Positions 1 to 10,068 of a DNA stretch of 59,219 bases are shown here, piece by piece. The first letter of the stretch is position 1, and each line of letters opens with the position of its first letter. Source of the DNA: Holosporales bacterium (GTDB lineage: Bacteria > Pseudomonadota > Alphaproteobacteria > RUG11792). The position numbers were made by a program, and so were the translations under genes. The notes beneath the pieces are model-generated. The model did no database searches, was not told the DNA's origin, and worked only from the letters and a program-made list of their open reading frames with translations. The stretch covers positions 1 through 59,219 of the forward strand of contig JAITDA010000015.1 of NCBI GenBank assembly GCA_031282805.1, in the 5' to 3' direction.

Positions 1-77
1 TAACACATATCTGGCTGTTTCTCACAGGAGTGTTGCAATAAATCAGTTAATGAATAAATACATGGGACACGTAAAAA

Positions 78-2225
78 ATGACGTTACTGCATAAGAGAAA
101 TTTACGTTTTGACGTTCTAACCGCTTTTTTGGCGCTAATTTGTATTACTGTAGCGTGCGAAATTCTTTATTCCTCATACGCTAATAGAAAGTTAATTTTG
201 CAGTTTGAAAAAGAATACCACTCGAAAAAAATCGTGGAAACCTCAAGTAGCTGGATCAACTCGTATTTTAAACAACTTGAGATAATAGTAGACGTTCTTT
301 CGCAAAATTTTGATAAAACCCTTTCTGGTAAACTTGATGGATTCGAAAAACCATTATTAGAGAGTATTAAAAAAATTCCGTTTACCCTAAGTTTCTACGT
401 TGCCCTTAATGATGGAACATTTATCCAAGCACGAACTCTTGATGGAGTAAAAAATTTCCAAGGAGAAAAGGAGGTTTTGTTGCCAACCTATACAAAGTAC
501 GCAATCAGAAGAATAATTTTTTCTGACACAAATACTTTGACTGAAACTTGGGATTACTTGGACGAAAATTTTGAACGCATTGCGAATGAGAAATTGAAGG
601 CTGTAACATATGATCCAAGAAAACGTGATTGGTACGTAAAGGCAGAGTTGAATTCCGGACTCACATGGAGTGATGCCTACATATTTTCAACAACAAAAAT
701 GTCTGGATTGACGTTATCTAAACCCTTAGGATACGGAGAAGATAATATAGCATATGGAGTAATATCTGTAGATTTTGCATTATCTAGCATAAAGGGATTG
801 CTCGAAAAAGTGAAGGCGAGCCAAAATTCTAGGGTTTACTTGATAAGCACAAAAAATGAAATTTTGTCTTCAACCTGCGATACTAAAACATTTGCTCAAG
901 AAGATTCAACGGACAAAAAATCAAATTTACTGGAAAGTATAACTTCGTCCGATGATAAAGTTTTGCAGGTTGCTGAGAAAATGTTATTGGGAGCGAATAC
1001 GTCTCATGCGAGATTTTTTGTGGATGGAGAAGCTTACGTTGCATCGACGAAAAAACTGGCTATACAACCAGCCTCACTGCTAATTATAACTCCACAATCA
1101 GATTTCACCGCAGATTTTGAAAAAGTACAACATCACATGCTGTATATATCAGTAGCCATATTTCTGTTTTCTTTCGGAATTGTGCTTATATTGGCTAAAA
1201 AAATAGCAACTCCTATAACGAAACTTTGTGAATCTGCAAGGGTTATTGGTGATATGGATCTTGATAAATATCCAAGTCCACCAAAATCAAATATCATTGA
1301 AATTCAGGAGCTTTCGAATTCGATAAACTCGATGAGATTAAGTGTATCAACTTTTGCTAAATATGCTCCAAAAGACCTTGTAAAAAAACTGATAAAACAC
1401 AACTTACAACCAGAGCTAGGCGGAGAAATTAAAGAAATAACCATGTTATTTTCAGATATAGAGAAATTTTCCACTGTTGCGGAAAGGTTGCCATCTGAAT
1501 ATCTGATACTGCATCTATCTGAATACTTTGATGAGTTGACGAAGGTTATAATGGATCACGATGGAATAATTGATAAGTACATCGGGGACTCGATAATGGC
1601 AATTTGGGGAGCACCAAATCCAGATGAAAATCAGGTAGTGAATGCATGTTACGCCGCTCTTGAATGCCAAAAAGTCCTTGACCAACTGAAGGGCAAGTGG
1701 GCTCCACTTGGGAAGCCGCCCTTGCCGACGAGGATAGGACTACACACTGGTGCTACTATAGTAGGTAATATTGGCTCACGTGACAGAATGAATTTCACTG
1801 CGATAGGAGATGCTGTGAATATTGCTTCAAGACTTGAGGGGGTAAATAAAGTGTATGGTACAAAAATTCTGGCCTCAGAGGAGGTCAAAAGCGCAGCTAC
1901 AGGTCGTATTTTATTCAGGGTAATAGATAAAATCGCTGTTAAGGGACGCTCTTCCGGAATCACAATATTCGAGCCACTTTGTGCTATGGGGGATATTAAC
2001 GATGGAGAATACTATACTCTGATAGAACTGAGTGCGAAGTCTAACGAAGCATTTGAATTATATCAGGGAAAAAAGTTTAAGAAAGCGTTGAAATTGTACG
2101 GAGAAATACAAGCAAATTTCCCAGACAAGACGTCTTCTGTTGTGCCCTTAATGCAAAAATGTAGGGAATTTGTGAAAAAATCGCCCGTAAATTGGGATGG
2201 CATTAATTATTTGAGCGAGAAATGA
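78..2225 (+). CDS. Membrane sensor class III adenylate/guanylate cyclase (TM, ~320-aa periplasmic Cache-like region, TM, HAMP-like linker, cyclase domain, TPR-like tail)
   Basis: 715-aa ATG ORF. Cyclase-homology motifs FSDIEKFSTVAE, DKYIGDSIMAIWGAP, RIGLHTGATIVGNIGS, NFTAIGDAVNIASRLEG. Two hydrophobic segments at aa ~13-33 and ~355-375. Confidence 0.9.
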   Translation: MTLLHKRNLRFDVLTAFLALICITVACEILYSSYANRKLILQFEKEYHSKKIVETSSSWINSYFKQLEIIVDVLSQNFDKTLSGKLDGFEKPLLESIKKIPFTLSFYVALNDGTFIQARTLDGVKNFQGEKEVLLPTYTKYAIRRIIFSDTNTLTETWDYLDENFERIANEKLKAVTYDPRKRDWYVKAELNSGLTWSDAYIFSTTKMSGLTLSKPLGYGEDNIAYGVISVDFALSSIKGLLEKVKASQNSRVYLISTKNEILSSTCDTKTFAQEDSTDKKSNLLESITSSDDKVLQVAEKMLLGANTSHARFFVDGEAYVASTKKLAIQPASLLIITPQSDFTADFEKVQHHMLYISVAIFLFSFGIVLILAKKIATPITKLCESARVIGDMDLDKYPSPPKSNIIEIQELSNSINSMRLSVSTFAKYAPKDLVKKLIKHNLQPELGGEIKEITMLFSDIEKFSTVAERLPSEYLILHLSEYFDELTKVIMDHDGIIDKYIGDSIMAIWGAPNPDENQVVNACYAALECQKVLDQLKGKWAPLGKPPLPTRIGLHTGATIVGNIGSRDRMNFTAIGDAVNIASRLEGVNKVYGTKILASEEVKSAATGRILFRVIDKIAVKGRSSGITIFEPLCAMGDINDGEYYTLIELSAKSNEAFELYQGKKFKKALKLYGEIQANFPDKTSSVVPLMQKCREFVKKSPVNWDGINYLSEK

Positions 2226-3496
2226 GTATATTATCTAAAATTTTAAATAGCGGAATTACAACAATTGTAGCTGCTATTCTAGCAATGTCAGTTGGAATTT
2301 TATTTCCATCCGTTGGAAGTAAATTTAAGCCAATTAGCAATATATTTTTAACATTGATATCTGTATCCGTAATTCCAATAGTTTTTTCATCTGTAACATG
2401 CAGTATTGTTCAAATAATTACGAAAAAAGAGCGTGAAATTAAGATAAGGGATATTGTTCTGACATTTTTGGGAATCCTTGTTATTGCTGGAATAATAGGC
2501 ATTTTAACAAGCGCACTATTAAATCCAGCACATGACATTTCCAACTCTGCAACAATATCTAACCTCATAATGGCAGATATGCAAAAATCGATTACTGAGT
2601 TATCCGTTGACGACTCGTTAAATCTACTTCATAAAGCGGGTTTTTCCGATTTTATGATTACATTATTGCCAGGCAATCTATTCAAGGCATTTGCTGATGG
2701 TAACATAATTCAAATTCTAGCTATATCAATCTTGGTTGGAATAGCGGTCTCTAAATTGGATAAAAATACCCAGATAAGTGTCACATCTTCATTGGAAGTA
2801 ATGACGAGGTCATTTAAAAAGATTCTGGCGATTCCAACAAAAATTCTTCCAATTGGGTTGTTTACATTGCTAGCCAGTAACCTCTCAAAGGTAAAACTAA
2901 ATGACCTACTTGCAATGAAACATTTTTGTTTATGTACGTTGGTCGGCTTTTTTATAATCACATTGGTTTCGTGCTTAATTTTACGCATATATAGTCCTAT
3001 AGGATTCAAAAATTCAATGTCAGCATTGAAAGAGATAATCGTTATCGCTTTTTCAACCTGCAGTAATCAGGCAACATTGCCATTTTTAACCGCGGCCTTG
3101 CACAACAGATTCAGACTACAGGAGGATGCAATAAATTTTGCAATACCGCTCGGAGTAACGATGTGTAGAGTTGGTAATGTGTTATATTACGCATTCATCG
3201 CGATATTTATCGCATCAATTTACCACGAGCCACTTGGTATATACCAATATTGTTTTATAGTTATTGGATCAATCTTAACGAGTTTTGCTGCATCTGGAGC
3301 TTCTGGTGTTATCGCTATCTCAATGATTTCCATCGTTCTTGATCCTTTAAATTTGAGAATAGATTCGATACTCGCAATTTTAATCATTGTAGATCCGATA
3401 CTAGATCCATTTAGAACTGTTACATCCTTGGTTATGAATGCTGCATTGTCATGCTTCATCATAAACAACAAGAGAAAAAAAGAAAAATGCGAATAA
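2222..3496 (+). CDS. Dicarboxylate/amino acid:cation symporter (DAACS, GltP/DctA-like)
   Basis: 424-aa polytopic ORF. DAACS-type motifs FSTCSNQATLPF, GVTMCRVGNVLY, DPILDPFRTVTSLVMNA. ATG overlaps the upstream stop (ATGA at 2222-2225). Confidence 0.8.
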   Translation: MSILSKILNSGITTIVAAILAMSVGILFPSVGSKFKPISNIFLTLISVSVIPIVFSSVTCSIVQIITKKEREIKIRDIVLTFLGILVIAGIIGILTSALLNPAHDISNSATISNLIMADMQKSITELSVDDSLNLLHKAGFSDFMITLLPGNLFKAFADGNIIQILAISILVGIAVSKLDKNTQISVTSSLEVMTRSFKKILAIPTKILPIGLFTLLASNLSKVKLNDLLAMKHFCLCTLVGFFIITLVSCLILRIYSPIGFKNSMSALKEIIVIAFSTCSNQATLPFLTAALHNRFRLQEDAINFAIPLGVTMCRVGNVLYYAFIAIFIASIYHEPLGIYQYCFIVIGSILTSFAASGASGVIAISMISIVLDPLNLRIDSILAILIIVDPILDPFRTVTSLVMNAALSCFIINNKRKKEKCE

Positions 3497-4560
3497 ATAC
3501 ATTTCGAGCAATAAGATTTGAACAAAATTATTGGCAAGAACAGAATATTTTAAAGTTAAATAATTTTGATACCAGGACAAAAGTCCCTAAAACTTACGAC
3601 ATAATGAATTTTTTAAATCAACAAATTGCGAATGGTATCGCCAAAATAGACGGCGTTGCAAGTTTGTACGTTTTACGATTGACTGCCCAAGACAAAGGCG
3701 TAGTGTTCGTTGTTGGAGAAGTGAATTACGATGATAAGATTATTTTTTGCGTAAACGAAGATGTTCATGATGAAAAGTTAAAAATATATAAAAACATTTT
3801 TAATCAATTCAAGATGCAAATCACTCCAATTTTGACTTTTTACAAAAGCGGAAGATCTGTATCGTCTACAGTGAAAGATGTAACACTTCTTCCTCCAACT
3901 CTTTCAGCCCACATAAGTGGCGTATTCTATGAATTATGGCAAATTCACGATCCATTGATCGTAGAAAGAATAAAACATAGTTTGGCGGAGGTCGAGAAAT
4001 TATACGTAGCCGATGGACATCATAGACTATCGATGTTTAACAGTAGTATATCCAAAGTCTCAGCAAAAATTATTGTGTCAATTACTGACTCAGATTCCGT
4101 AATACTTAAAAGCTGCCACAGAGTGATAGTCGGAGAAATTCAAAAAGGATGGCGTGAGGATATTCAAAGTTACGCAACATTAGAAAAAATTCGAGATGAC
4201 ATTACACTACATAATGGTAAAATTTTGCTAGTTCTAAAAAACAATGAGAAATATGCGATAAATCTTAATTTGGATGTTGAGAACACCGAATTATATGATG
4301 CTGTAAAAAACAAAATAATACATAACTCTCTCGGAGTTTCTGATTATGATGGCAGGGTTTTTCCTCTACCTGGAACGTTAGATATTAACAATAGTCAGCA
4401 AATTTTCAACTTGTACAAAGGCAGTTCGGCAATTATATTTATTCCAGATATCACGATATCTAATTTTCTGAAGATGATGGAAACCGGGGAGAAATTACCG
4501 CCGACTTCTACGTGGTTCGAACCTAAAATAATAGACGGCTTTATAGTAAGGAAATTTTAA
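3487..4560 (+). CDS. DUF1015 family protein
   Basis: Family hallmark YVADGHHR present. I prefer ATG 3487 (MRINTFRAIRF..., 357 aa) over the longest ORF start at 3451. It overlaps the symporter's last 10 nt. Confidence 0.7.
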   Translation: MRINTFRAIRFEQNYWQEQNILKLNNFDTRTKVPKTYDIMNFLNQQIANGIAKIDGVASLYVLRLTAQDKGVVFVVGEVNYDDKIIFCVNEDVHDEKLKIYKNIFNQFKMQITPILTFYKSGRSVSSTVKDVTLLPPTLSAHISGVFYELWQIHDPLIVERIKHSLAEVEKLYVADGHHRLSMFNSSISKVSAKIIVSITDSDSVILKSCHRVIVGEIQKGWREDIQSYATLEKIRDDITLHNGKILLVLKNNEKYAINLNLDVENTELYDAVKNKIIHNSLGVSDYDGRVFPLPGTLDINNSQQIFNLYKGSSAIIFIPDITISNFLKMMETGEKLPPTSTWFEPKIIDGFIVRKF

Positions 4561-4923
4561 AACTTCACAATTTCCTACTTTTTTAATGCAGACAAGCTAA
4601 CTTAAACGTGCACGTCAACCACGCAATGCCATGAACTTATATGGACATGAGACCAAGAGAGGAGCCAGTTGTTTTAATCTCTGTTGTAGTCTCACTACCA
4701 CAATGTCCACATATCTCGCCAAATACTGAAGAGTATCTTATTATGTCATACGGTATTTTTCGCCAACGCAGTAATTTTGCACTACTGAAACAAGCTTTTA
4801 GCATTGGAACAGTCAGCTCAACCAAAGAGTAACATCACCCTTCACTTATTATACCACATGTAATTGCCAATACACTTTGTTTCTGCCTCTGAAACTAATT
4901 GGATGCAGGAGGTTTTGCCGGTC

Positions 4924-7365
4924 TCACGCTCCAGGCCTCTTAAGACCTGCTACAGGATTTGGAGCAGCTGGCTCATCCCTAGAACCAATGAAAAGTTTCT
5001 CGAGTAGTGGTATATCTCTAAATGCCTCTCCAACAGTTGGGGCACTTATAAATCTCTTTGTTTGCAAATTCGCTACTGTAATTTTGTCAAGAGAAACACC
5101 ATCAATCGACTCACGCAAGTCAAGGCAGCTCAACACTACGTTGAAAGGTTGATTAAGTATCAATGCTACAATAGATTCATCTTTGCCTCCTTCGTATCTT
5201 GCTTCGCAAATTCTCAATCTTAACTTCTCAAACTCATCAGGGTGTAATACAATGAACATTCCGCGCACAGTTCTACCAACTCCCAATGAATCGATGTCCC
5301 TTATCGAATTGCCATCTGTAAACTCAGTTACAAATGGGAATATCACAGATGGGCAATCCGTTAAATAACCAATTGTCGGATCTTTTTCAGATATGCTGTA
5401 AGAGCCCCCCCCCTGGTTATTATCGTGAAGTGATTGTTGTACAACGCAATTATGCAGAACTTTTTTAAATAATTGTAAATCCCGGGTTTCCCACAGTGAG
5501 ATGTTCATGTCGCAATATCGAAAAAACCCTTCACCTTTCTTCGCTTTTTCGATGATATAATTTCTGCAAAAGAGGTGTTGGAATTTGACTCCAGTGAGTT
5601 CATTCCGATCTGCACCATGCAAACGTTCACCATTCTGGATTGTAATAAATATTGGTGCATTATCACCAATCGCGCCAAATATGCCTGCGATTGAACCCCG
5701 TGCTTCAACAGTGAGATCACGGAACAATCCCAAACATGATATTACGGTTCCACTAATGTTATTGTACCCATCGTAGGAATGTAACAATGGCACTAGCGAC
5801 GTTTCTCCATCATGTAAATTTGGTCTACCAAGTATCATCTCTACTCTCAATATCTCGTCTGCAAGACGTCTCTCAGTAAATGGCGTGTCTTCAGGTATAT
5901 CTTTCACTATAAGTGAAAAGTTTTCACGCGAGAGAGTTGTACTACATCTGGCAATCACTTCGATCCGTTCGTCAAACCTTAATACAGGCCGATACAGGCG
6001 GTAGAGATCACACATATTCTGGCATCTGTGTATAAATGCAGGCAAAACATACGGCTTGAACAGTGGATTATCCGGTTCTTGTTTCATAAGTTCTCTAGAC
6101 ATCGTACTTACAGCTTGCATTACACCATGATTTTCCCTATCGCAGCAATGGAGGGCTAACAGGTATTTGGAAGATGAATAATTTACCATCCCCCTCATTG
6201 CAGCTTCAAACGTCATGTCAAACCAGTTGCCACTTCTCCCGTACGCAATTGCAATTGCCCCATCAAATATCTCAGTTTCTAGTCTTGCTAATCCCTTCGT
6301 TTGACCTCGTTCTCTATCACGATACCTTTCTTCAATCATATTCCAAATCGCTACTAACGGCATTCTCTCCAGATACCGCCAAAGCAAATCTCTCGCTTCC
6401 TCAATGTATGGCGCGAAAATTGCTAAGTTACCAGTTGTCAATGTATTCGCAATTTCATCCAGAATTGCTCGTATTTGATCTGGCCCTCTATCATTCATGA
6501 ATGCCGTTGCAAACAGTCTCTTTAACATAAAATGCGCTATCTTGCCGGTAGTTCCCATTCTCATGTCATACGCCAAAAGGTTACTACCAAAATTCTGCGC
6601 CCTCCTCAATTCCTGTAATCTTACTTCCATCCCGCTCCTATATGCAAGTGCACTATCAACGTATGCCTCTAATATCATTACTGCATTTTCATCTTGCGGG
6701 GTTTTCCCGACTCCCTCTTGAATACACTCTCTGTTTCCAACTAGGAATAGTCCAAAATTTGAATCATGATAGCCACTCCCTGTATGGGTTAAGTGGAGCA
6801 GTTGTACCATGGTGTACATCAGCGCTTGAATCTCTGGATGGGATGTGGACAAATTTTTTACTGCCTGCATCGCGTCTTGAAGCCAAGGTTCGTGCTGTTC
6901 ATTGCCGACAAAAAATGATTTGATTCTTCCAATTGCCTCAGTAGCATCCCATCCTGCTTTTGGCTTATCCCAATTGAATAAAACGAAATCCCTGAACACT
7001 TCTTTAAGTACAAGATGCGCTAATCTCGGTAGGGTGTTTTCGCGTAAGTTATATGCAAACAAATTCACTTGACGTCCTATTACAAGGCTCACATCCCCAT
7101 TTACTAATGCTCCAAGAGGTCCTCGCATTAAATTAAATATAACTTCAACGTTTTCCGTCGAAAGCCTACTTTTTATCAGTTTTTCCCGGCAAAAAACATT
7201 CAGTGCTCGTTCCAGCTTATCCTCCATTGCTAGGCCACCACAACTATCATAGTCGTGTGAATTTGGCAGCTCTCCTGCCACAACACTCAACGTCAACATC
7301 ATTACCGCAACTGTCACACACATCGACACAGTACACAGAGCTTTTCTAATTAAAGTACTTGTCAT
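4924..7365 (-). CDS. Hypothetical secreted protein, 813 aa, no recognisable domain
   Basis: Uninterrupted 2.4-kb ORF. ATG 7365 is preceded by AAGAAGG 8 nt upstream. N-terminus MTSTLIRKALCTVSMCVTVAVMMLTLSVVAG-ELP looks like a signal peptide. The longest ORF would start at 7428. Confidence 0.7.
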   Translation of the reverse strand: MTSTLIRKALCTVSMCVTVAVMMLTLSVVAGELPNSHDYDSCGGLAMEDKLERALNVFCREKLIKSRLSTENVEVIFNLMRGPLGALVNGDVSLVIGRQVNLFAYNLRENTLPRLAHLVLKEVFRDFVLFNWDKPKAGWDATEAIGRIKSFFVGNEQHEPWLQDAMQAVKNLSTSHPEIQALMYTMVQLLHLTHTGSGYHDSNFGLFLVGNRECIQEGVGKTPQDENAVMILEAYVDSALAYRSGMEVRLQELRRAQNFGSNLLAYDMRMGTTGKIAHFMLKRLFATAFMNDRGPDQIRAILDEIANTLTTGNLAIFAPYIEEARDLLWRYLERMPLVAIWNMIEERYRDRERGQTKGLARLETEIFDGAIAIAYGRSGNWFDMTFEAAMRGMVNYSSSKYLLALHCCDRENHGVMQAVSTMSRELMKQEPDNPLFKPYVLPAFIHRCQNMCDLYRLYRPVLRFDERIEVIARCSTTLSRENFSLIVKDIPEDTPFTERRLADEILRVEMILGRPNLHDGETSLVPLLHSYDGYNNISGTVISCLGLFRDLTVEARGSIAGIFGAIGDNAPIFITIQNGERLHGADRNELTGVKFQHLFCRNYIIEKAKKGEGFFRYCDMNISLWETRDLQLFKKVLHNCVVQQSLHDNNQGGGSYSISEKDPTIGYLTDCPSVIFPFVTEFTDGNSIRDIDSLGVGRTVRGMFIVLHPDEFEKLRLRICEARYEGGKDESIVALILNQPFNVVLSCLDLRESIDGVSLDKITVANLQTKRFISAPTVGEAFRDIPLLEKLFIGSRDEPAAPNPVAGLKRPGA

Positions 7366-7590
7366 CTCAGCTACCTTCTTTTGTAGATTGCACAACGGAC
7401 ATGCTTGACATTGTACCACTCGTCTCACCCTTCTTCAAGTTTTTTACAAAGAAAATAAAACGTAGTATAGTGCTGAAATGGTCAAGTAAATAACATACGC
7501 ACTATTTGAAGTACTGCTTCACACTCTACATTGTTACACAAAATATGCGACAAGAATAAAACATACTGAAAGCCACTTCAAATTTGAGAT

Positions 7591-7611
7591 AAAAAACGAA
7601 TTGTAATTCGT
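7591..7611 (-). terminator. Possible weak intrinsic terminator after lpxA
   Basis: On the minus strand, 3 nt after the lpxA stop: ACGAATT-AC-AATTCGT followed by TTTTTT. The stem is short and AT-rich and the loop is tiny. Confidence 0.35.
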
Positions 7612-7613
7612 CA

Positions 7614-8444
7614 TCAGTAATCAGTTGGTATTGTCGTACATATTGGATTTTTTGAGGAAACATCGATAAAATCAATTATCTCTTCAACTTGGCTATTTCC
7701 TGAATACTTTAAACGTACCTCCACGAGATTTTGCGTAAATTGAACGTCACTATCTGTCTTCTCAAATATATCTCTGTATGCGGATAGCATTTTTTCTATT
7801 TCTTTTGCGGAAAATCCACGTCGTTTCAGCCCAATTATATTTATTCCCCTAACGGTCGTTACTCTATCGCTCCTCGCAACACCGTACGGTATTACGTCAC
7901 GATCAACTCCAGTAAATCCGCCGATTATAGCATTTTTACCGATCCTTATAAATTGTTTCACTGCGGACATTCCACCAATTATAACGTCGTCTCCCACAAC
8001 GACGTGACCCGATAAATTTACACCGTTTACAAGGATGACATTGTCTCCAAGTAGACAGTCATGAGCTATGTGACAGTACGCCATAATCAAGCAGTTGTTT
8101 CCTATTTTTGTCAACATTCCCCCGCCTTCAGTTCCAATATTGGCGGTCACATACTCTCTAATTACAGTATTTTTACCAATCTCCAATCTCGATCTTTCGT
8201 TTTTATACTTCAGATCTTGAGGTTTTTGTCCGAGGGAAGCAAATGGGTAAATTGTCGTGCTATCGCCGATAACTGTATCTTCAGCAATTACAACATGTGA
8301 TTTGAGCAATACGTTATCCCCAATGACTACACGAGGCCCAATACAACAATACGGCCCAATACAACAATTTTTTCCTATAACTGCCCCATCTTCAACAACC
8401 GCTGTCTCGTGTATCACCGCAGTACCGCTCACGTTTGACATCAT
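7614..8444 (-). CDS. lpxA: Acyl-ACP--UDP-N-acetylglucosamine O-acyltransferase
   Basis: 276 aa. Left-handed beta-helix hexapeptide repeats throughout. Motifs GQKPQDLKY, IGKNTVIREYVT, GGG..TKIG, AHDC, GLKRRGF. Start overlaps the fabZ stop by 4 nt. Confidence 0.92.
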   Translation of the reverse strand: MMSNVSGTAVIHETAVVEDGAVIGKNCCIGPYCCIGPRVVIGDNVLLKSHVVIAEDTVIGDSTTIYPFASLGQKPQDLKYKNERSRLEIGKNTVIREYVTANIGTEGGGMLTKIGNNCLIMAYCHIAHDCLLGDNVILVNGVNLSGHVVVGDDVIIGGMSAVKQFIRIGKNAIIGGFTGVDRDVIPYGVARSDRVTTVRGINIIGLKRRGFSAKEIEKMLSAYRDIFEKTDSDVQFTQNLVEVRLKYSGNSQVEEIIDFIDVSSKNPICTTIPTDY

Positions 8445-8911
8445 GCAGCTTCCGGAATCATCGCTCTAAAACACGCTTCATCTGCAAGCGCATCATCAAC
8501 AAACGCTTTCCCGTTAAACTTCCAAAATTTATTTCCACGCCTTTGGTCAATTGTGATGACGAAGCGCACAACATTTCCTGGAATTACCGGAATTTTAAAT
8601 TTTGCATATTCAATCGATGTAAAATATACAAAATCCGAGCTTCCCAATTTACAGGCATTTTCACTGATCAATGTCGCAAATGCCAACACTCCTGCAGCTT
8701 GCGCCATTGCTTCAATAATAATGACCCCTGGCATAACGTTGTAATTTGGAAAATGTCCTTGAAAAAACCACTCATTACCAGAAACGTTTTTGTACGCCAC
8801 ACACGAGCTACCAAACACAACGTCTTCGACCTTGTCTATAAAAAGAAACGGATATCTATGAGGAATTATTTGCTTGATGTCCTCTACATATAAAGTTTTC
8901 TGAAAATTCAC
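8441..8911 (-). CDS. fabZ: 3-hydroxyacyl-ACP dehydratase
   Basis: 156 aa. Motifs IPHRYPFLFIDKV and NEWFFQGHFPNYNVMPGVIIIEAMAQ are textbook FabZ. Confidence 0.95.
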   Translation of the reverse strand: MNFQKTLYVEDIKQIIPHRYPFLFIDKVEDVVFGSSCVAYKNVSGNEWFFQGHFPNYNVMPGVIIIEAMAQAAGVLAFATLISENACKLGSSDFVYFTSIEYAKFKIPVIPGNVVRFVITIDQRRGNKFWKFNGKAFVDDALADEACFRAMIPEAA

Positions 8912-8926
8912 CGTTTCTCCACCTTT

Positions 8927-9304
8927 TTAAGACTCCTTCTTCTGTTCTGGAGTGACTGGAGGTGAGGATGGAACTGTGGCTGATTCGGCAATTTTTCCAT
9001 CAATCGACTTCGCTTTTTCAACACTCTCAGGCTCACCAACATCACCACCGTTCTCGCCAACGATAGTTTGGGAATTTCTTATTGTTGTGGAGTTAATCAT
9101 GGCCATCACAACACAGTTAACAAGGAAGATCGCAGCCAAAACCCATGTTGTCTTCGTTAAAATATTTGAAGCGCCTCTCGCATTAAACATCCCTCCGCCA
9201 CCACTGTTCGCAAAAAGAGAACTTCCTCCCTCATTTTTTTGCGCAAGCACAACCAAGATCAAAAATATGGTCACCAGAACGTGAATTGCTAATAGTACTC
9301 CCAT
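8927..9304 (-). CDS. secG: Preprotein translocase subunit SecG
   Basis: 125 aa. N-terminal TM + VVLAQKNEGG + Gly-rich loop + second TM (TKTTWVLAAIFLVNCVVMA), which is the SecG layout. Followed by a Pro/Glu/Ser-rich tail. Confidence 0.75.
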   Translation of the reverse strand: MGVLLAIHVLVTIFLILVVLAQKNEGGSSLFANSGGGGMFNARGASNILTKTTWVLAAIFLVNCVVMAMINSTTIRNSQTIVGENGGDVGEPESVEKAKSIDGKIAESATVPSSPPVTPEQKKES

Positions 9305-9316
9305 AACCTTCTCCTC

Positions 9317-9874
9317 TTACTTTGAAGTTAAAACTGCTATAATAACTGCTCCGTCAAGTTTAGGCGGGCTTTCCTCTTTAGCAAATTCATGACAATAGTC
9401 GATAACCTTCCTTACGACATCTTGTCCTATTTCCTGGCGATTCATCTCTCTTCCGCGAAACCGCAACACTAATTTTACTTTATCTCCAGCTTCAATGAAC
9501 TTTTTGATAGATCTACATTTCACAAGCAAATCGTTTTCGCCAATAAAGGGTCTGACCTGTACCTCCTTTAAGCTCACGGTCTTCTGTTTTTTACGGGACT
9601 CCGTCTTCTTTTTTTGCAGTTCGTATCTATATTTCCCATAATCAAGTATCTTGCACACCGGAGGAACTGATTCAGCCGCGATTAAAACCAAATCAAGTCC
9701 AACATTCTCAGCTGCTCTCAACGCTTCATCTATCGTGACAACTCCAATTGCCTCCCCCCCTGCTCCTATCAACCTAACTTCCCGAAAGGTTATATTTTCA
9801 TTAATTATAGGCGAGTTTTGTTGCGGCAGATCTTGCCTACCACTTGTAAAGATTTTCGCCAAACAAGATTCCAT
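9317..9874 (-). CDS. infC: Translation initiation factor IF-3
   Basis: Motifs INENITFREVRLIG, GLDLVLIA...PPVCKILDYGKYRYE, KVKLVLRFRGRE. The longest ORF starts at 9925. I prefer ATG 9874 (185 aa, typical IF-3 length). A non-ATG start is also possible, as is usual for infC. Confidence 0.9.
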   Translation of the reverse strand: MESCLAKIFTSGRQDLPQQNSPIINENITFREVRLIGAGGEAIGVVTIDEALRAAENVGLDLVLIAAESVPPVCKILDYGKYRYELQKKKTESRKKQKTVSLKEVQVRPFIGENDLLVKCRSIKKFIEAGDKVKLVLRFRGREMNRQEIGQDVVRKVIDYCHEFAKEESPPKLDGAVIIAVLTSK

Positions 9875-10040
9875 TGAATCTACCACCTCACATTGAATTC
9901 TAAAGTCTTTCAAATGATCTATCAAGTTTTATTTGTATGTGGCATCATCGTGAATAGATATCAACACGTCTTTATGAACACAAATGCAAACAATTTGAGT
10001 GTTTAAAATAATTTGGTGTAGCAATTTTTACGTAATGTTG

Positions 10041-10068
10041 TAATGTGATCTTTCGATGTAGAATTACT
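10041..10068. repeat. Copy 1 of a ~28-bp intergenic direct repeat bracketing the MFS gene
   Basis: TAATGTGATCT-ttcg-ATGTAGAATT-a-CT here, against TAATGTGATCT-agc-ATGTAGAATT-c-CT at 11624-11650. Confidence 0.8.

Noticed and set aside
1649-1963. Numerous shadow ORFs inside or antisense to confident genes, for example 1649-1963, 8435-8893, 10739-11185, 28791-29177, 30308-31015, 31082-31732, 35650-36129, 46157-46927, 52742-53101 and 57937-58452.
   Set aside because: Each overlaps a gene with strong family motifs on the other strand or in another frame. Their products are low-complexity or hydrophobic strings with no motifs.
2223-2225. Genetic code 4 (UGA = Trp) as the explanation for the in-frame TGA codons in the fossil genes.
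   Set aside because: TGA terminates conserved genes at their expected C-termini: the cyclase at 2223-2225 in an ATGA overlap, accC at 34226-34228, pgeF at 34983-34985, FNR at 55356-55358 and rpsT at 56396-56398. Trp is encoded by TGG throughout the housekeeping genes.
4637-4832. Overlapping 62/63-aa ORF pair in the convergent spacer after the DUF1015 gene; the minus-strand product contains CGHCG.
   Set aside because: The two ORFs mirror each other, which is typical of a chance open stretch. Neither has an RBS, and the CxxC is not in a thioredoxin-like context.
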